A stretch of 26,611 bases of DNA from Cyanobacteria bacterium J06626_4. GTDB taxonomy: Bacteria; Cyanobacteriota; Cyanobacteriia; Phormidesmidales; Phormidesmidaceae. Of the stretch, positions 8,436 through 22,688 are shown in pieces. How positions within the stretch are numbered: position 1 is the first letter of the stretch; each line of letters opens with the position of its first letter. The notes below the pieces were generated by a model, which made no database searches, was not told where the DNA came from, and saw nothing but the letters and a program-made list of their open reading frames with translations. The stretch covers positions 1 through 26,611 of the forward strand of contig JBCBJQ010000083.1 in assembly GCA_038523235.1 (NCBI GenBank), given 5' to 3'. Position numbers and translations under genes: made by a program.

Positions 8436-10949
8436 ATGACCGATCTTTCCGCATCGATTCCCGATTGTGCTTGGCAGCACGGCATCGGCCAAGCTTGGGA
8501 AAATCACTACGTTGTCCGTTATGCCAGCAATCTAGATGATGGCCCCTGGCATGGTGCACCCTTGGGCGGTTTTGGCGCTGGCTGTATCGGCCGATCGCCC
8601 CAAGGGGATTTCAATCTCTGGCATTTGGACGGCGGTGAGCATACCTTTCAGACCTTTCCGGCCTGTCAGTTCAGCGTTTTTGAGGCGGTGGGCGATCGCA
8701 CCCAAGCCTATGCGCTCTCCACTGAGTCTCCTGATGATGGCATCCTCGGCGCTTGGCAGTGGTATCCCAAAACAGTCGGTAGTGCTCAAACCGGCACCTA
8801 TCACACCCTTTATCCCCGCAGTTGGTATGTGTATGAGAATGTGTTCAGCGCTCAGCTCACCTGCGAGCAGTTCTCGCCGATTTGGGCGCATAACTATCAA
8901 GAAGCCAGCTATCCGGTAGCGGTGTTTTTGTGGACGGCTCATAACCCGACTGATCAGCCGCTAACCCTCAGCATCATGCTGAGTTGGCAAAATATGGTCG
9001 GCTGGTTTACCAATACCCAAGCTTCCTCGGAAGTGCTCCAGCGCGATGACGGCAGTCCTTACTATGACTATGTGCCGGCCATCGGTCAGAGCGCCGGTAA
9101 TGTCAACCACTTGGTGCGCCGCCAGAATATTATTGGCGGCATGATGGGGGGTGCTTGGTCTGATATTGGGCGATCGCCGCAGGAAGGTGAGGGCAGCTGG
9201 GCGATCGCCACCGAGGTACAGCCCGATACCGAAGTTTTTTACCATACCCGTTGGAATCCAGTGGGGACAGGAGCTGACCTGTGGGAGACCTTTGCCGCCG
9301 ACGGTGCCTTGACCAATGTGGCGCTGGATCAACCTGCTAGCGCCAATGAGCAGATAGGCTGTGCGATCGCCGTACGCTTTACCCTGCAGCCTGGCGAGAC
9401 TCGTCAAATCCCGGTTTCCCTAGCGTGGGATTTGCCCGTGACGGCCTACAGCAAAGGCAGTGCCGACTATCGGCGCTATACCGACTTTTTTGGTGCTGAA
9501 GGGCATCACGCCTGGGAAATTGCGGCTACTGCGCTGACCCACTACGCGGCTTGGCGACAGCAAATTGTGGATTGGCAGCAGCCGATTTTAGACCGAGCCG
9601 AGCTGCCAGCCTGGTTCAAAATGGCACTGTTTAACGAGCTGTATGACCTGACCAGCGGTGGCACCCTGTGGACGGCGGCGACTGAGCATGACCCCGTGGG
9701 CCAGTTCGGTGTGCTGGAATGCCTCGACTATCGCTGGTATGAAAGCCTGGATGTGCGCCTGTATGGCGGCTTTGCCACGCTGTTGCTGTGGCCAGAGCTA
9801 GAAAAAGCCGTCATTCGCGCCTTTGCGCGGGCCATTCCGACTGCGGACGATCGCCCCCGTATCATCGGCTATTACTACACGATGGGCGAGGCCGATCACT
9901 ATGCCCCTCGCAAGCTCAAAGGGGCAACGCCCCATGATTTGGGCGCGCCGAACGAGCAGCCTTTCGTCAAAACCAACTACACCAGCTACCAAGATTGCAA
10001 TCAGTGGAAAGACCTGCCCAGCGATTTCGTCATTCAGGTCTATCGGGCGTATCAGCTGACTGGGGCCACCGATGTCGATTTTTTGGCCGATTGCTGGCCC
10101 GCCGTAACCGAAACGCTGAAGTATCTCAAACGATTTGATACCGATGGCGATGGCATTCCGGAAAATGGCGGTGCGCCCGACCAAACTTTCGATGATTGGC
10201 AACTCAAGGGTGTCAGTGCCTACTGCGGCGGGCTGTGGATGGCCGCGTTAGAAAGTGCGATCGCGATCGCACAGGTGCTCACACAAGCGGATCGTGCCCC
10301 TGGCAATACTCCGATTCTGGCGACCCAATATCAGCGCTGGCTGGAGCAAAGCCGCAATCACTATCACAAAAAACTGTGGAACGGTCGCTACTACCGCTTG
10401 GAAACCGGCAGCGATTCTGAAGTCGTCATGGCCGATCAGTTATGCGGCCAGTTCTGTGCGCGACTGCTGGGACTGCCCGATTTGGTCGAAGAAGAATATG
10501 TGCGATCGGCTCTGGGAGCCATCTATGACGCCTGCTTTGTCAAATTCAACGACTATGCGGCGACCCAAGCCAAACCGCAAGAACAAAAGTTCGCTGGTGC
10601 TCAGGTGGGGAGCTTTCGTCCGGCGCAACCCGGCGTGGCGATCGGGGCGGCTAATGGCGTGCTCCCCGACGGTTCACCCGAAGACCCGGACGGCACCCAT
10701 CAGCTGGAAGTGTGGACGGGCATCAACTTTGGTCTCGCCACGTTTTTGGCGCAAATGGGTCAGGTCGATGAAGCTTTTGAAATTACCGAAGCGGTGGTTC
10801 ACCAAATCTATACCTATGGCCTGCAGTTTCGGACGCCCGAAGCGATTACCGCCCTGGGCACTTTCCGCGCTTGCCACTACCTACGTCCCCTCGCGATTTG
10901 GGGCCTGTATGGAGCTTTAGTGGAATGGTCATCGCCGCCCGCAGATTGA
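8436..10949 (+). CDS. Glycoside hydrolase family 116 (GBA2-like beta-glucosidase / glucosylceramidase family)
   Basis: N-terminal GAPLGGFGAGCIGR, ALFNELY, putative nucleophile motif LECLDYRWYESLDV, PHDLG, WKDL, putative acid/base motif PDQTFDDW, ADQLCGQ, EVWTG, FRTPEA and YLRPLAIW; 837 aa with no evident signal peptide. Confidence 0.95.
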   Translation: MTDLSASIPDCAWQHGIGQAWENHYVVRYASNLDDGPWHGAPLGGFGAGCIGRSPQGDFNLWHLDGGEHTFQTFPACQFSVFEAVGDRTQAYALSTESPDDGILGAWQWYPKTVGSAQTGTYHTLYPRSWYVYENVFSAQLTCEQFSPIWAHNYQEASYPVAVFLWTAHNPTDQPLTLSIMLSWQNMVGWFTNTQASSEVLQRDDGSPYYDYVPAIGQSAGNVNHLVRRQNIIGGMMGGAWSDIGRSPQEGEGSWAIATEVQPDTEVFYHTRWNPVGTGADLWETFAADGALTNVALDQPASANEQIGCAIAVRFTLQPGETRQIPVSLAWDLPVTAYSKGSADYRRYTDFFGAEGHHAWEIAATALTHYAAWRQQIVDWQQPILDRAELPAWFKMALFNELYDLTSGGTLWTAATEHDPVGQFGVLECLDYRWYESLDVRLYGGFATLLLWPELEKAVIRAFARAIPTADDRPRIIGYYYTMGEADHYAPRKLKGATPHDLGAPNEQPFVKTNYTSYQDCNQWKDLPSDFVIQVYRAYQLTGATDVDFLADCWPAVTETLKYLKRFDTDGDGIPENGGAPDQTFDDWQLKGVSAYCGGLWMAALESAIAIAQVLTQADRAPGNTPILATQYQRWLEQSRNHYHKKLWNGRYYRLETGSDSEVVMADQLCGQFCARLLGLPDLVEEEYVRSALGAIYDACFVKFNDYAATQAKPQEQKFAGAQVGSFRPAQPGVAIGAANGVLPDGSPEDPDGTHQLEVWTGINFGLATFLAQMGQVDEAFEITEAVVHQIYTYGLQFRTPEAITALGTFRACHYLRPLAIWGLYGALVEWSSPPAD

Positions 10950-11040
10950 TGGAATGTCAGTCAGTTGCAGCAGGGAAACTGTTGTTTTGAGTCAGAGATC
11001 GCATTCGCCGAGTTTGAGTTATCGCTGAGGAGCCATCCGA

Positions 11041-12834
11041 TTGGGAAACAGCGCGGTTATATCTATCCGAAAATTCTTGACTGCTCAGACTGACCGAGCC
11101 GCCGATCCGCGAGTCATCTTTTGGTATGGTCTGAGCCTTGTATTCGCGGTCTATTACGGCTATCTGGTGCTGCAAAATTCCTTCGGTGCCACCTACGTTG
11201 TGCAAGATGATGCCCGTCAGCATGTCTTCTGGATGCAGCGTTTGATCGATCCGGCGCTGCTGCCCGATGATTTCATGGCCGACTACTTTGCCGATCAGGC
11301 GACACCGGGTTACAAGCTGCTGTATCAAGGCGCTGCAGCCTTGGGGATTCATCCGTTCACGCTAAATAAGGTGCTGCCGCCCATTTTGGGTGTGCTAGGG
11401 ACGCATTACTGCTTTCAACTGTCGCTGCAGTTATTGCCGGTGCCCGCCACGGCTTTCACTAGTACGCTCCTGCTCAACCAAACGCTCTGGATGCGAGATG
11501 ATCTGGTTTCTGGGACTCCTCGTGCGTTCATTTCTGTGCTGCTGCTGGCGTTTTTAGTCTTTGTGAATGGTCGAATGATCACGCCTGCTCTGGTGGCGCT
11601 GACGCTTCAGGTGCTGTTTTATCCCCAGGGAGCACTATTAGCGGCGGGCATTTTGGTTCTACGCTTGGTGACCGTTGATCGAGGCCATTTTCGCTTGTCT
11701 CGATCGCCTCATACTTATCTTTTGTCAGGGTTTGGGCTGATAATTGTCATCGCTCTGCTGGCTCCCTACCTGGTGGATAGCTCACCCTTTGGGCCGCTCA
11801 TTACCCCAGCTGCTGCCCGCCAACTGCCCGAGTTTTGGCCTGGCGGCAGAAATGCCTATTTTACCGACAATCCAATTTTGTTTTGGTTTGGCGATCGCTC
11901 GGGCTTGCTGCCAACCCCGATGCTAACCCCGCCAACGCTTGCCTTTAGCCTGTTTTTTCCCTGGTTCTGGTGGCGCTCACCACACCGATGGTTGAAGCTC
12001 ATCAAGGCGCGGCTGGCAATTTTGCAACAGTTGGTGCTAGCGTCATTAGGGCTATACTTTGCCGCTCATCTCTTGCTCTATCAGCTACATCTGCCGAGCC
12101 GCTACATGCATCACAGCTTGCGCATCGTGTTTGCGTTGACTGCTAGCTTCACGATGGGGCTGTTTCTCGACTATCTGATGCAGTTGATGGCGCGACCGGC
12201 AGCGACTGTGGTCGCGATCGCCCAACGGGGAGTTGCCATCACGGCCTTCTGTGGGGTGATGATCGGTCTGTTTGGCTATTCCGGCCTGACCCAAAGCTTT
12301 CCCTTTACCAACAACCGCTATGGTCGCTTGCCAGACCTGTATCAGTTCTTGCAGGCGACTCCACTCGACACCACGGTCGCTAGCCTGACGAAGGAAACGA
12401 GCAACCTGCATGTGTTCACTCAGCGATCGCCGCTGATTTCGCCGGAACTCGGATTGGCCTACCACACGGGCTACTATCAAACGTTTCGACAGCGGACAGT
12501 CGATCTGATCGAGGCGCAATACAGCCCTGATCTCCAGACCCTGCAAGCTTTTATTCAGCAGTACAGGATCGATTATTGGCTGATTGATGATCAGTCATTC
12601 TCACGTGATCACCTGACGCAAAACAATTGGTTTAATCAGTACCAGCCCGCTGCCCAGCAAGCGATCGCCCATCTCACGACCTTTGGTGACGCGCTGGCGC
12701 TGATTCAGGCGAAACCGCAGTGCACGGTCATCGAAACCACGCCGCAATCCTTGAGTGCGATCGCTCCCCTTGGTTCAGACGAGGCCCAAGCCTACTGGTT
12801 GCTGGATGCTAATTGCTTGAGAGACTTGTCGTGA
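11041..12834 (+). CDS. Polytopic membrane protein, GT-C-type glycosyltransferase-like
   Basis: 597-aa ORF with GAGGAG 8 nt before TTG 11041. It has about 10-11 hydrophobic segments, an acidic QDD motif in the loop after TM1, and a soluble C-terminal domain. The CDS is secure; the function is inferred. Confidence 0.8.
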   Translation: MGNSAVISIRKFLTAQTDRAADPRVIFWYGLSLVFAVYYGYLVLQNSFGATYVVQDDARQHVFWMQRLIDPALLPDDFMADYFADQATPGYKLLYQGAAALGIHPFTLNKVLPPILGVLGTHYCFQLSLQLLPVPATAFTSTLLLNQTLWMRDDLVSGTPRAFISVLLLAFLVFVNGRMITPALVALTLQVLFYPQGALLAAGILVLRLVTVDRGHFRLSRSPHTYLLSGFGLIIVIALLAPYLVDSSPFGPLITPAAARQLPEFWPGGRNAYFTDNPILFWFGDRSGLLPTPMLTPPTLAFSLFFPWFWWRSPHRWLKLIKARLAILQQLVLASLGLYFAAHLLLYQLHLPSRYMHHSLRIVFALTASFTMGLFLDYLMQLMARPAATVVAIAQRGVAITAFCGVMIGLFGYSGLTQSFPFTNNRYGRLPDLYQFLQATPLDTTVASLTKETSNLHVFTQRSPLISPELGLAYHTGYYQTFRQRTVDLIEAQYSPDLQTLQAFIQQYRIDYWLIDDQSFSRDHLTQNNWFNQYQPAAQQAIAHLTTFGDALALIQAKPQCTVIETTPQSLSAIAPLGSDEAQAYWLLDANCLRDLS

Positions 12835-12929
12835 AATGCGGAGTTATAGGCATCGGCAATTGGGCAATTGCTCTGTAGGGGAGTTCACTATAGAGGCCGC
12901 GATCGCTTGTCGTCATCCTTTGCGGCAAT

Positions 12930-12957
12930 GGGGCTTCCCGCCATCGGATGAAGCCCC
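12930..12957. terminator. Hairpin between convergent genes (possible 3' end of the GH116/GT-C transcript)
   Basis: GGGGCTTC-CCG-CCAT-CGG-AT-GAAGCCCC, with no U-tract on the + strand. Confidence 0.4.
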
Positions 12958-12961
12958 CTAA

Positions 12962-13005
12962 ACATAAAACAAAACTGCGACCTGGCAATTGCCAAACCGC
13001 AGTTT
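12962..13005 (-). terminator. Rho-independent terminator of the atp operon
   Basis: Minus strand AAACTGCGGTTTGGC-AATT-GCCAGGTCGCAGTTT (G-U pairs favour this strand) followed by TGTTTTATGT. Confidence 0.8.
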
Positions 13006-13027
13006 CAAAGGAGTTTTCAGCTTTTCG

Positions 13028-13975
13028 TTAGCCGAGCGCTTCCGCACCACCAACGATTTCCAGAATTTCTTGAGTAATCGCTGCCTGACGGGCTTTGTTA
13101 TAGTCCAGCGTCAGGGACTTCACCAACTGGCTGGCATTATCGCTGGCGTTGCTCATCGCCGTCATGCGAGCGGCCAGTTCACTGGCGGCAGATTCCTGCA
13201 GCGCTCGCAAAATCTGGTTGCTGAAATAGAGCGGCAATAGCGCATCGAGAATCTGCACCGGATCTTGCTCAAATAGCATGTCCTTCGGTAGAGCCTTGTC
13301 TTCTAGAGCAACCTTTTCACGAGACACATCAATGCGTCCACTGCGGGTAATGAGCCGGAAGATCTCATCATCCGAGGCTTCTAACCCTTGCGGATCGAGG
13401 GGCAACAGGGTTTGAATCACCGGACGAGAGCTGACCAGCGAAACGAACTTGGTGTAGACCAGTTCGACTCGATCCACGCTGCCCGATAAAAACAGCGAGA
13501 GGAGCTCATCAGCCACGCGAGAAGCTTCTTCCGCTGTTGGAATCTGCTCTAGCTCAGTGAACTTCGCGTCGATGGGGCAATCGCGACGGCTAAAATACTG
13601 TGTGGCTTTACGCCCTACCAACACAAAGGTGTAGTCGATGTTGCTATCAGTCAGCTCTTTGGCCCGATTTTCAGCTCGGCGAATAATGTTGCCGTTATAG
13701 CCGCCACATAGCCCCCGATCGCCGGAGATTACCAACAGCGCTACCTTCTCCACCGGACGCTGCTGCAGTAAAGGCAAATCAACGTCTTCAAACTTTAATC
13801 GAGTCTGCAGGCCGTGCAGCACCTGAGCTAAACGATCAGCAAAGGGCCGGGTCGAAATCACCTGTTCTTGAGCCCGGCGCACTTTTGCTGTGGCGACTAG
13901 GCGCATCGCTTCGGTAATTTTCCGAGTGTTTTTAACTGACTTGATGCGATCGCGAATTGTTTTGAGGTTAGCCAT
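13028..13975 (-). CDS. atpG: F1 ATP synthase subunit gamma (cyanobacterial atpC)
   Basis: [43 protein letters not shown] and [13 protein letters not shown], plus the cyanobacterial DDEIFRL insertion without the chloroplast regulatory Cys pair. Confidence 0.98.
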   Translation of the reverse strand: MANLKTIRDRIKSVKNTRKITEAMRLVATAKVRRAQEQVISTRPFADRLAQVLHGLQTRLKFEDVDLPLLQQRPVEKVALLVISGDRGLCGGYNGNIIRRAENRAKELTDSNIDYTFVLVGRKATQYFSRRDCPIDAKFTELEQIPTAEEASRVADELLSLFLSGSVDRVELVYTKFVSLVSSRPVIQTLLPLDPQGLEASDDEIFRLITRSGRIDVSREKVALEDKALPKDMLFEQDPVQILDALLPLYFSNQILRALQESAASELAARMTAMSNASDNASQLVKSLTLDYNKARQAAITQEILEIVGGAEALG

Positions 13976-13999
13976 ATTTTTTCTCTTTCTAACCGACGA

Positions 14000-14038
14000 C
14001 GCCTCAAGCGATCACCATAGACGCGATCGCTCGAGGCG
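14000..14038 (-). promoter_or_regulatory. Intercistronic stem-loop after atpA
   Basis: Minus strand CGCCTCGAGCGATCGC-GTCTATG-GTGATCGCTTGAGGCG, 16 bp including two G-U pairs. Confidence 0.7.
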
Positions 14039-14050
14039 GACACCTTAGAC

Positions 14051-15607
<1,557 letters not shown>

Positions 15608-15638
15608 TCAAACCAATTGAAGGTAGTTGCCGGAAAAT

Positions 15639-16190
15639 CTAGTTAGCAGCACCAAGCTGCATACTCAAGCGTCGAAGCTGCCCTCGCAGACTCGCATCCA
15701 CGATTTGCGAACCGACTTTGATGACGACCCCCCCCAACAAATCCGGATCGAGATTGACTTCTAAATCAACTCGCTCCGCACTGGTCATCGCTTTCACCTT
15801 GTCGCGAATCTGCTCTTGTTGAGACTCCGACAAATCAATGGCCGCTGTGACCTCGGCTAGCACCGTCTTTCTGAGCTGGCGCAGCAACTCTTGATACCGC
15901 TTCAAGATAGTTGCCAGCACACCAATGCGTCCCTTATCGACCAGCAACTTCAAAAAGCTAGCAAACAAAGGATTCAGATCGGCCGCCATCTGTTGCAGCA
16001 CCGCCTTTTTGCCATCTTCAGCCATGAGGGGATTTTCCAAAAACTGCTGCAGCTCACTCGAGTCTGCCAACAGGTCTAAAACGCCTTGGGCATCTTCGCC
16101 AAATCGATCTTCAAGCTGCTGCTCTTGAGCGAGAGACATCAACGCCTGAGCATAGGGATCGGCGATTTCCAACGACATAGTCGAGCTCAT
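15639..16190 (-). CDS. atpH: F1 ATP synthase subunit delta (cyanobacterial atpD)
   Basis: PYAQAL, LLVDKGRI and DPDLLGGVVIKVGSQIVDASLRGQL; operon position. Confidence 0.97.
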   Translation of the reverse strand: MSSTMSLEIADPYAQALMSLAQEQQLEDRFGEDAQGVLDLLADSSELQQFLENPLMAEDGKKAVLQQMAADLNPLFASFLKLLVDKGRIGVLATILKRYQELLRQLRKTVLAEVTAAIDLSESQQEQIRDKVKAMTSAERVDLEVNLDPDLLGGVVIKVGSQIVDASLRGQLRRLSMQLGAAN

Positions 16191-16192
16191 AA

Positions 16193-16711
16193 TCAGTCCT
16201 CCAGCAACGCAATACTTTTATCGACTAGCGCCGCATGAATCTCGGGTGTCAAGCGCTCTGGTAGCTCCGCCTTGGCGCGGTCAAGAGCGAGATCAGCAAT
16301 CCGCTGTCTCAGCTCACGCATGACCCGCTCTTGCTGAAAAGAAACGTCTTGGTCGGCGGCGGCTCTCATGCGCTCAATATCGGCCTGGGCCTGAGCTTTG
16401 ATTTCCTCACTCACCTTCGAGGCGTTCTGCTTGGCCGTTTCCACAATCTTTTTAGCGTCGGATTGCGCCTGCGCCAAATTCTGATTCTGCTTTTCTAATG
16501 CTTGCTTCGCCTCGCGTTGACGACGCTCCGCATCTTTAATCGCTTCTTCAATAGTGGCCCGGCGTTCAGACAACGTTTTACCTAGAAACTTGCTGCCAAA
16601 ATAAAACAGCACGCCCCAAATGATCGCTAAGTTGATCAGGTTGGTTTCCAGAATATCCAAATTCAATCCGAAGCCACCTTCTTCGGTTGCTAGCAGCCAA
16701 AGACTTATCAT
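16193..16711 (-). CDS. atpF: Fo ATP synthase subunit b
   Basis: [18 protein letters not shown], one TM helix, then a coiled coil; operon position. Confidence 0.96.
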   Translation of the reverse strand: MISLWLLATEEGGFGLNLDILETNLINLAIIWGVLFYFGSKFLGKTLSERRATIEEAIKDAERRQREAKQALEKQNQNLAQAQSDAKKIVETAKQNASKVSEEIKAQAQADIERMRAAADQDVSFQQERVMRELRQRIADLALDRAKAELPERLTPEIHAALVDKSIALLED

Positions 16712-16770
16712 GGCAGTTTTTCCTAACGGTCAATGCAGTGTGAATTAGATGCCCCATCGGGGCGAATAAG

Positions 16771-17235
16771 CTAAGCAAAGCTCAGCAACTTATCCAACAT
16801 TTGTCGGGTCAGCGCTTCGACTTGACCTTCCAAAGTTTGAAAAGCGGACTCTTTCTGAGTCTCAATTTCCGATTGCACCTGCTCTTTCTGAGCCTGTACT
16901 TCTTGTTGAGCGGTCGCCAACTCTTGACTCGCCACCTGCTCGGCCTCGGCTTGCGCCTCAGCAATAATTTGTTGAGCTTGTTTGCGTGACGCGGCTAAAT
17001 CTTGCTCGTACTGTTTAGCGAGCTTTTCCGCTTGAACCAGCTGCTCTTTGGCACCCGTCAAGTTGGAACGCACATAACCATCGCGCTCATCGATCGCTTG
17101 GCCCAGCGGCTTATAAAAAATCGCATTCAGTACGGCGGCCAAAACCAAGAACTGAACCGCCATTAAAGGCAGCGTAGCGTTGATATCAAACAGGCCACCG
17201 GCCTCTTCAACCGCTAAAAACAACGTCCCACTCAT
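16771..17235 (-). CDS. atpF2: Fo ATP synthase subunit b' (cyanobacterial atpG)
   Basis: [17 protein letters not shown]...FYKPL...IDERD. The start is reassigned from TTG 17280 to ATG 17235, which has a GAGGG SD-like motif upstream. Confidence 0.94.
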   Translation of the reverse strand: MSGTLFLAVEEAGGLFDINATLPLMAVQFLVLAAVLNAIFYKPLGQAIDERDGYVRSNLTGAKEQLVQAEKLAKQYEQDLAASRKQAQQIIAEAQAEAEQVASQELATAQQEVQAQKEQVQSEIETQKESAFQTLEGQVEALTRQMLDKLLSFA

Positions 17236-17292
17236 GTCTGCTAAACCCTCTATCTCAATCCAGGGATGTCCGAACCTCAATCACCCGAAAAT

Positions 17293-17330
17293 CCTCGATT
17301 GAGAAACCCAGCGGATGTTCTCAATCGAGG
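17293..17330 (-). promoter_or_regulatory. Intercistronic stem-loop / partial terminator after the c-subunit gene
   Basis: Perfect 13-bp inverted repeat CCTCGATTGAGAA / TTCTCAATCGAGG, followed by ATTTT on the minus strand. Confidence 0.75.
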
Positions 17331-17340
17331 CCATCAGGAG

Positions 17341-17616
<276 letters not shown>

Positions 17617-17743
17617 TTACAACTACAGAAATGAGTTCGCCGTTCGACTTACTCTTAAATGATGGTCTCAAGCGACCGCCTCGTTGATGTCGTGCCGCAT
17701 AGAGCCTCGCACCAACCTAGGTATCATCTGGGTAGCCTGTAAA

Positions 17744-18487
17744 CTACCCATGCTCTTCCTCACCGTGCCCTTCCATCGCTTCTCCGATGTAGACGGCGGC
17801 CAGAGTGGCAAAAATCAACGCCTGAATGGCACTGGTAAACAAGCCCAAAACCATGACCGGCAAGGGCACGAACAAGGGCACCAGCAACACCAGAACGGCC
17901 ACCACTAGCTCATCCGCCAAGATGTTTCCGAAAAGACGGAAGCTCAGGGACAGGGGCTTAGTGAAATCTTCCAAAATATTGATCGGCAAAAGAATGGGCG
18001 TTGGCTCGATGTAACGAGCGAAATATCCCAACCCTCGACGACTAAAACCGGCATAAAAATAGGCTAGAGAGGTTAGCAAGGCCAGGGCCACGGTCGTATT
18101 AATGTCATTGGTGGGGGCAGCGAGCTCACTGCCAGGAATATGAATCAACTTCCAGGGCACTAAAGCGCCTGACCAGTTAGAAACAAAAATGAACAGGAAC
18201 AGCGTGCCGACAAAGGGCACCCAAGGGCGGTATTCCTTCTCCCCAATTTGTCCCTTAGCTAAATCTCGGATGTATTCCAGCGCATATTCCATGAAGTTCT
18301 GGAGACCCGAGGGAATGCGCTCCACCTTCCGAGTGGCCAACACGGAAAAGAGGACTAACAGACCAATCACAAACCACGAAGTCATAAAGACTTGACCGTG
18401 CACCTTGAGGCCCGCGATTTCCCAATAAAAATGCTGACCGACTTCTAACTTGGCCAACAACATTGCACTCGACATAGAATCAATCAT
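17744..18487 (-). CDS. atpB: Fo ATP synthase subunit a (cyanobacterial atpI)
   Basis: [39 protein letters not shown] and QALIFATL. Confidence 0.98.
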   Translation of the reverse strand: MIDSMSSAMLLAKLEVGQHFYWEIAGLKVHGQVFMTSWFVIGLLVLFSVLATRKVERIPSGLQNFMEYALEYIRDLAKGQIGEKEYRPWVPFVGTLFLFIFVSNWSGALVPWKLIHIPGSELAAPTNDINTTVALALLTSLAYFYAGFSRRGLGYFARYIEPTPILLPINILEDFTKPLSLSFRLFGNILADELVVAVLVLLVPLFVPLPVMVLGLFTSAIQALIFATLAAVYIGEAMEGHGEEEHG

Positions 18488-18569
18488 CTCTAGCTAATTT
18501 TAAGGTTTGCACAAAAACCTACCGAAAAATCAGTGCTACACTCGCATAACGCAAGAGGTGCAGGTTGCT

Positions 18570-18998
18570 TCAGCTCTCATGAGGAATAGCAGCCCAAATT
18601 GTGTAGCCAATCAATGCTGCCTTGTAAGTCAAAAAACCTAGGAATACAGGCATGATTTCAAGCTGATTCCATTGGCTAGCCACCAGTATTAAAGCAGCGA
18701 CTAAAGCTAGTCTGCCGCTCGAAACCCCAGCGCCCCGCCCAATTCTTTCGACGTTTTTCGACAACATCCTCAAGTAAACCACACCCGTGCACGCCCCAAT
18801 CAGATAATTCAGGGCAGTGTGCAATGAGTAGACAAAACCGGTGCTAACAAAGATCACCGTTGAGAAAACCAACGTCGTTTTCAGCAATTGCCTCTGAAGA
18901 CGGTAGAAATCTTCCATCGAGTCGGCATTGGATGCAACTGCTGGAAGTGTTTGATTTTCCGTCGCGTTTGACAGGTCAGAACTTGAAGGAGTCTGCAC
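18570..18998 (-). CDS. atpI: ATP synthase protein I (Atp1)
   Basis: [34 protein letters not shown] and [10 protein letters not shown]. First gene of the operon, with a GTG start. Confidence 0.93.
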   Translation of the reverse strand: MQTPSSSDLSNATENQTLPAVASNADSMEDFYRLQRQLLKTTLVFSTVIFVSTGFVYSLHTALNYLIGACTGVVYLRMLSKNVERIGRGAGVSSGRLALVAALILVASQWNQLEIMPVFLGFLTYKAALIGYTIWAAIPHES

Positions 18999-19071
18999 GC
19001 GGCCTATCCGATCAATTAAGCATGGTTGCCTGGGTTCAGCCCTTGCGAGTCAATAGCCCAAGCCATCGCAG

Positions 19072-19097
19072 ATCATATCACGGTAACAATCTTTAAT
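19072..19097 (-). promoter_or_regulatory. Putative atp operon promoter (extended -10) with an adjacent HLR1-like repeat
   Basis: Minus strand ATTAAAGA-TT-GTTACCGT running into TGATATGAT (TGn-TATGAT). Confidence 0.5.
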
Positions 19098-19622
19098 TTT
19101 TGCGATATCGCGGTTCGTCGGAAAAAATTGTATGGCATTTAGCGGCAAGGCTTTTATGAGGTCTTGGCTGCTCTCTAACGCTATTGACGCTGCCGGAGCA
19201 GCTGCTTTGGGTCAATGAGCAACTTAGAAGTCTGCAAATCGGGTTTCTGTCGGGTGATGGCAGCACCTAAGACGATCGCCATGAATGCGGTTGTGTAGGT
19301 TTAAGTGAACGGTGCAGTGATGTACCGCCTTCAGACCTTTGCCAGGTACATGATGGCCCATGCCGCAGGCGTTATCCGCCGAACGATGCTGACGATGCCG
19401 CACAGTTGACTTGAGGCGGCGGGTTGACTGGCCCTCTGGCTGAGATGTGCCGTAATGGCTGGAGGACTGGTTTCCCCAACGCGGCGCTGATCGTGTGGGC
19501 GATCGCTGCCGATGCCGGTGCAACACTTCAAGGCCTGTCTTAAGTTTGCCCCTCCTGACGACATGATAGGGAGCACTTGCCAGCAATGGTTCCTTACATT
19601 CGGAGAAAATGTAATAGCGAAC

Positions 19623-19673
19623 GTTGCAGAACTTTACACGTTTCCAATCTTCAGTCCTCATCCCTTGTAGGAT
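19623..19673 (+). promoter_or_regulatory. Putative apcE promoter: HLR1-like repeat plus -10 box
   Basis: GTTGCAGA-AC-TTTACACG (19623-19640) and TAGGAT (19668-19673). Confidence 0.4.
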
Positions 19674-19899
19674 GACCCTTGGCAACAAGGCTGAGGTTGT
19701 TACACAGTTTTTAACATTGACCTGTTTCTATGCCAAATCGTTCTAATCTGAAGTCTAGGTTAGGCGTCTGTATTGGGCGGTTTAATTAGACTGTTTTGGA
19801 TTACTTAAAATATGTCACGTCAAAAGGATGAGGCTGTGCTCATTGCTGAAGGCGTCTGGCAAAAGCTGTTTTTGAAGATTGTGAGTAGGGAGCCGTTGA

Positions 19900-22611
<2,712 letters not shown>

Positions 22612-22651
22612 AGGCTAGCGGTCTCAGCACGCTTGGCTGGGTCAGACTCTT

Positions 22652-22688
22652 TGGCTGGGCTGCGTGGCTCTGTGACGCAGCCCAGCCA
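22652..22688 (+). terminator. Strong stem-loop after apcE (3'-end stabiliser or terminator)
   Basis: Perfect 14-bp inverted repeat TGGCTGGGCTGCGT / ACGCAGCCCAGCCA, with no immediate U-tract. Confidence 0.65.

Noticed and set aside
10255..10920. 221-aa alternative-frame ORF in GH116, and the other antisense or overlapping ORFs in typA, rimK, atp and apcE
   Set aside because: Shadow ORFs expected from GC-biased codon usage within well-supported genes.
19224..19688. 154-aa and 81-aa minus-strand ORFs in the atp1-apcE spacer
   Set aside because: TTG starts without an SD, Arg/His/Ser-rich non-protein-like composition, and the longer ORF overlaps the apcE promoter zone.
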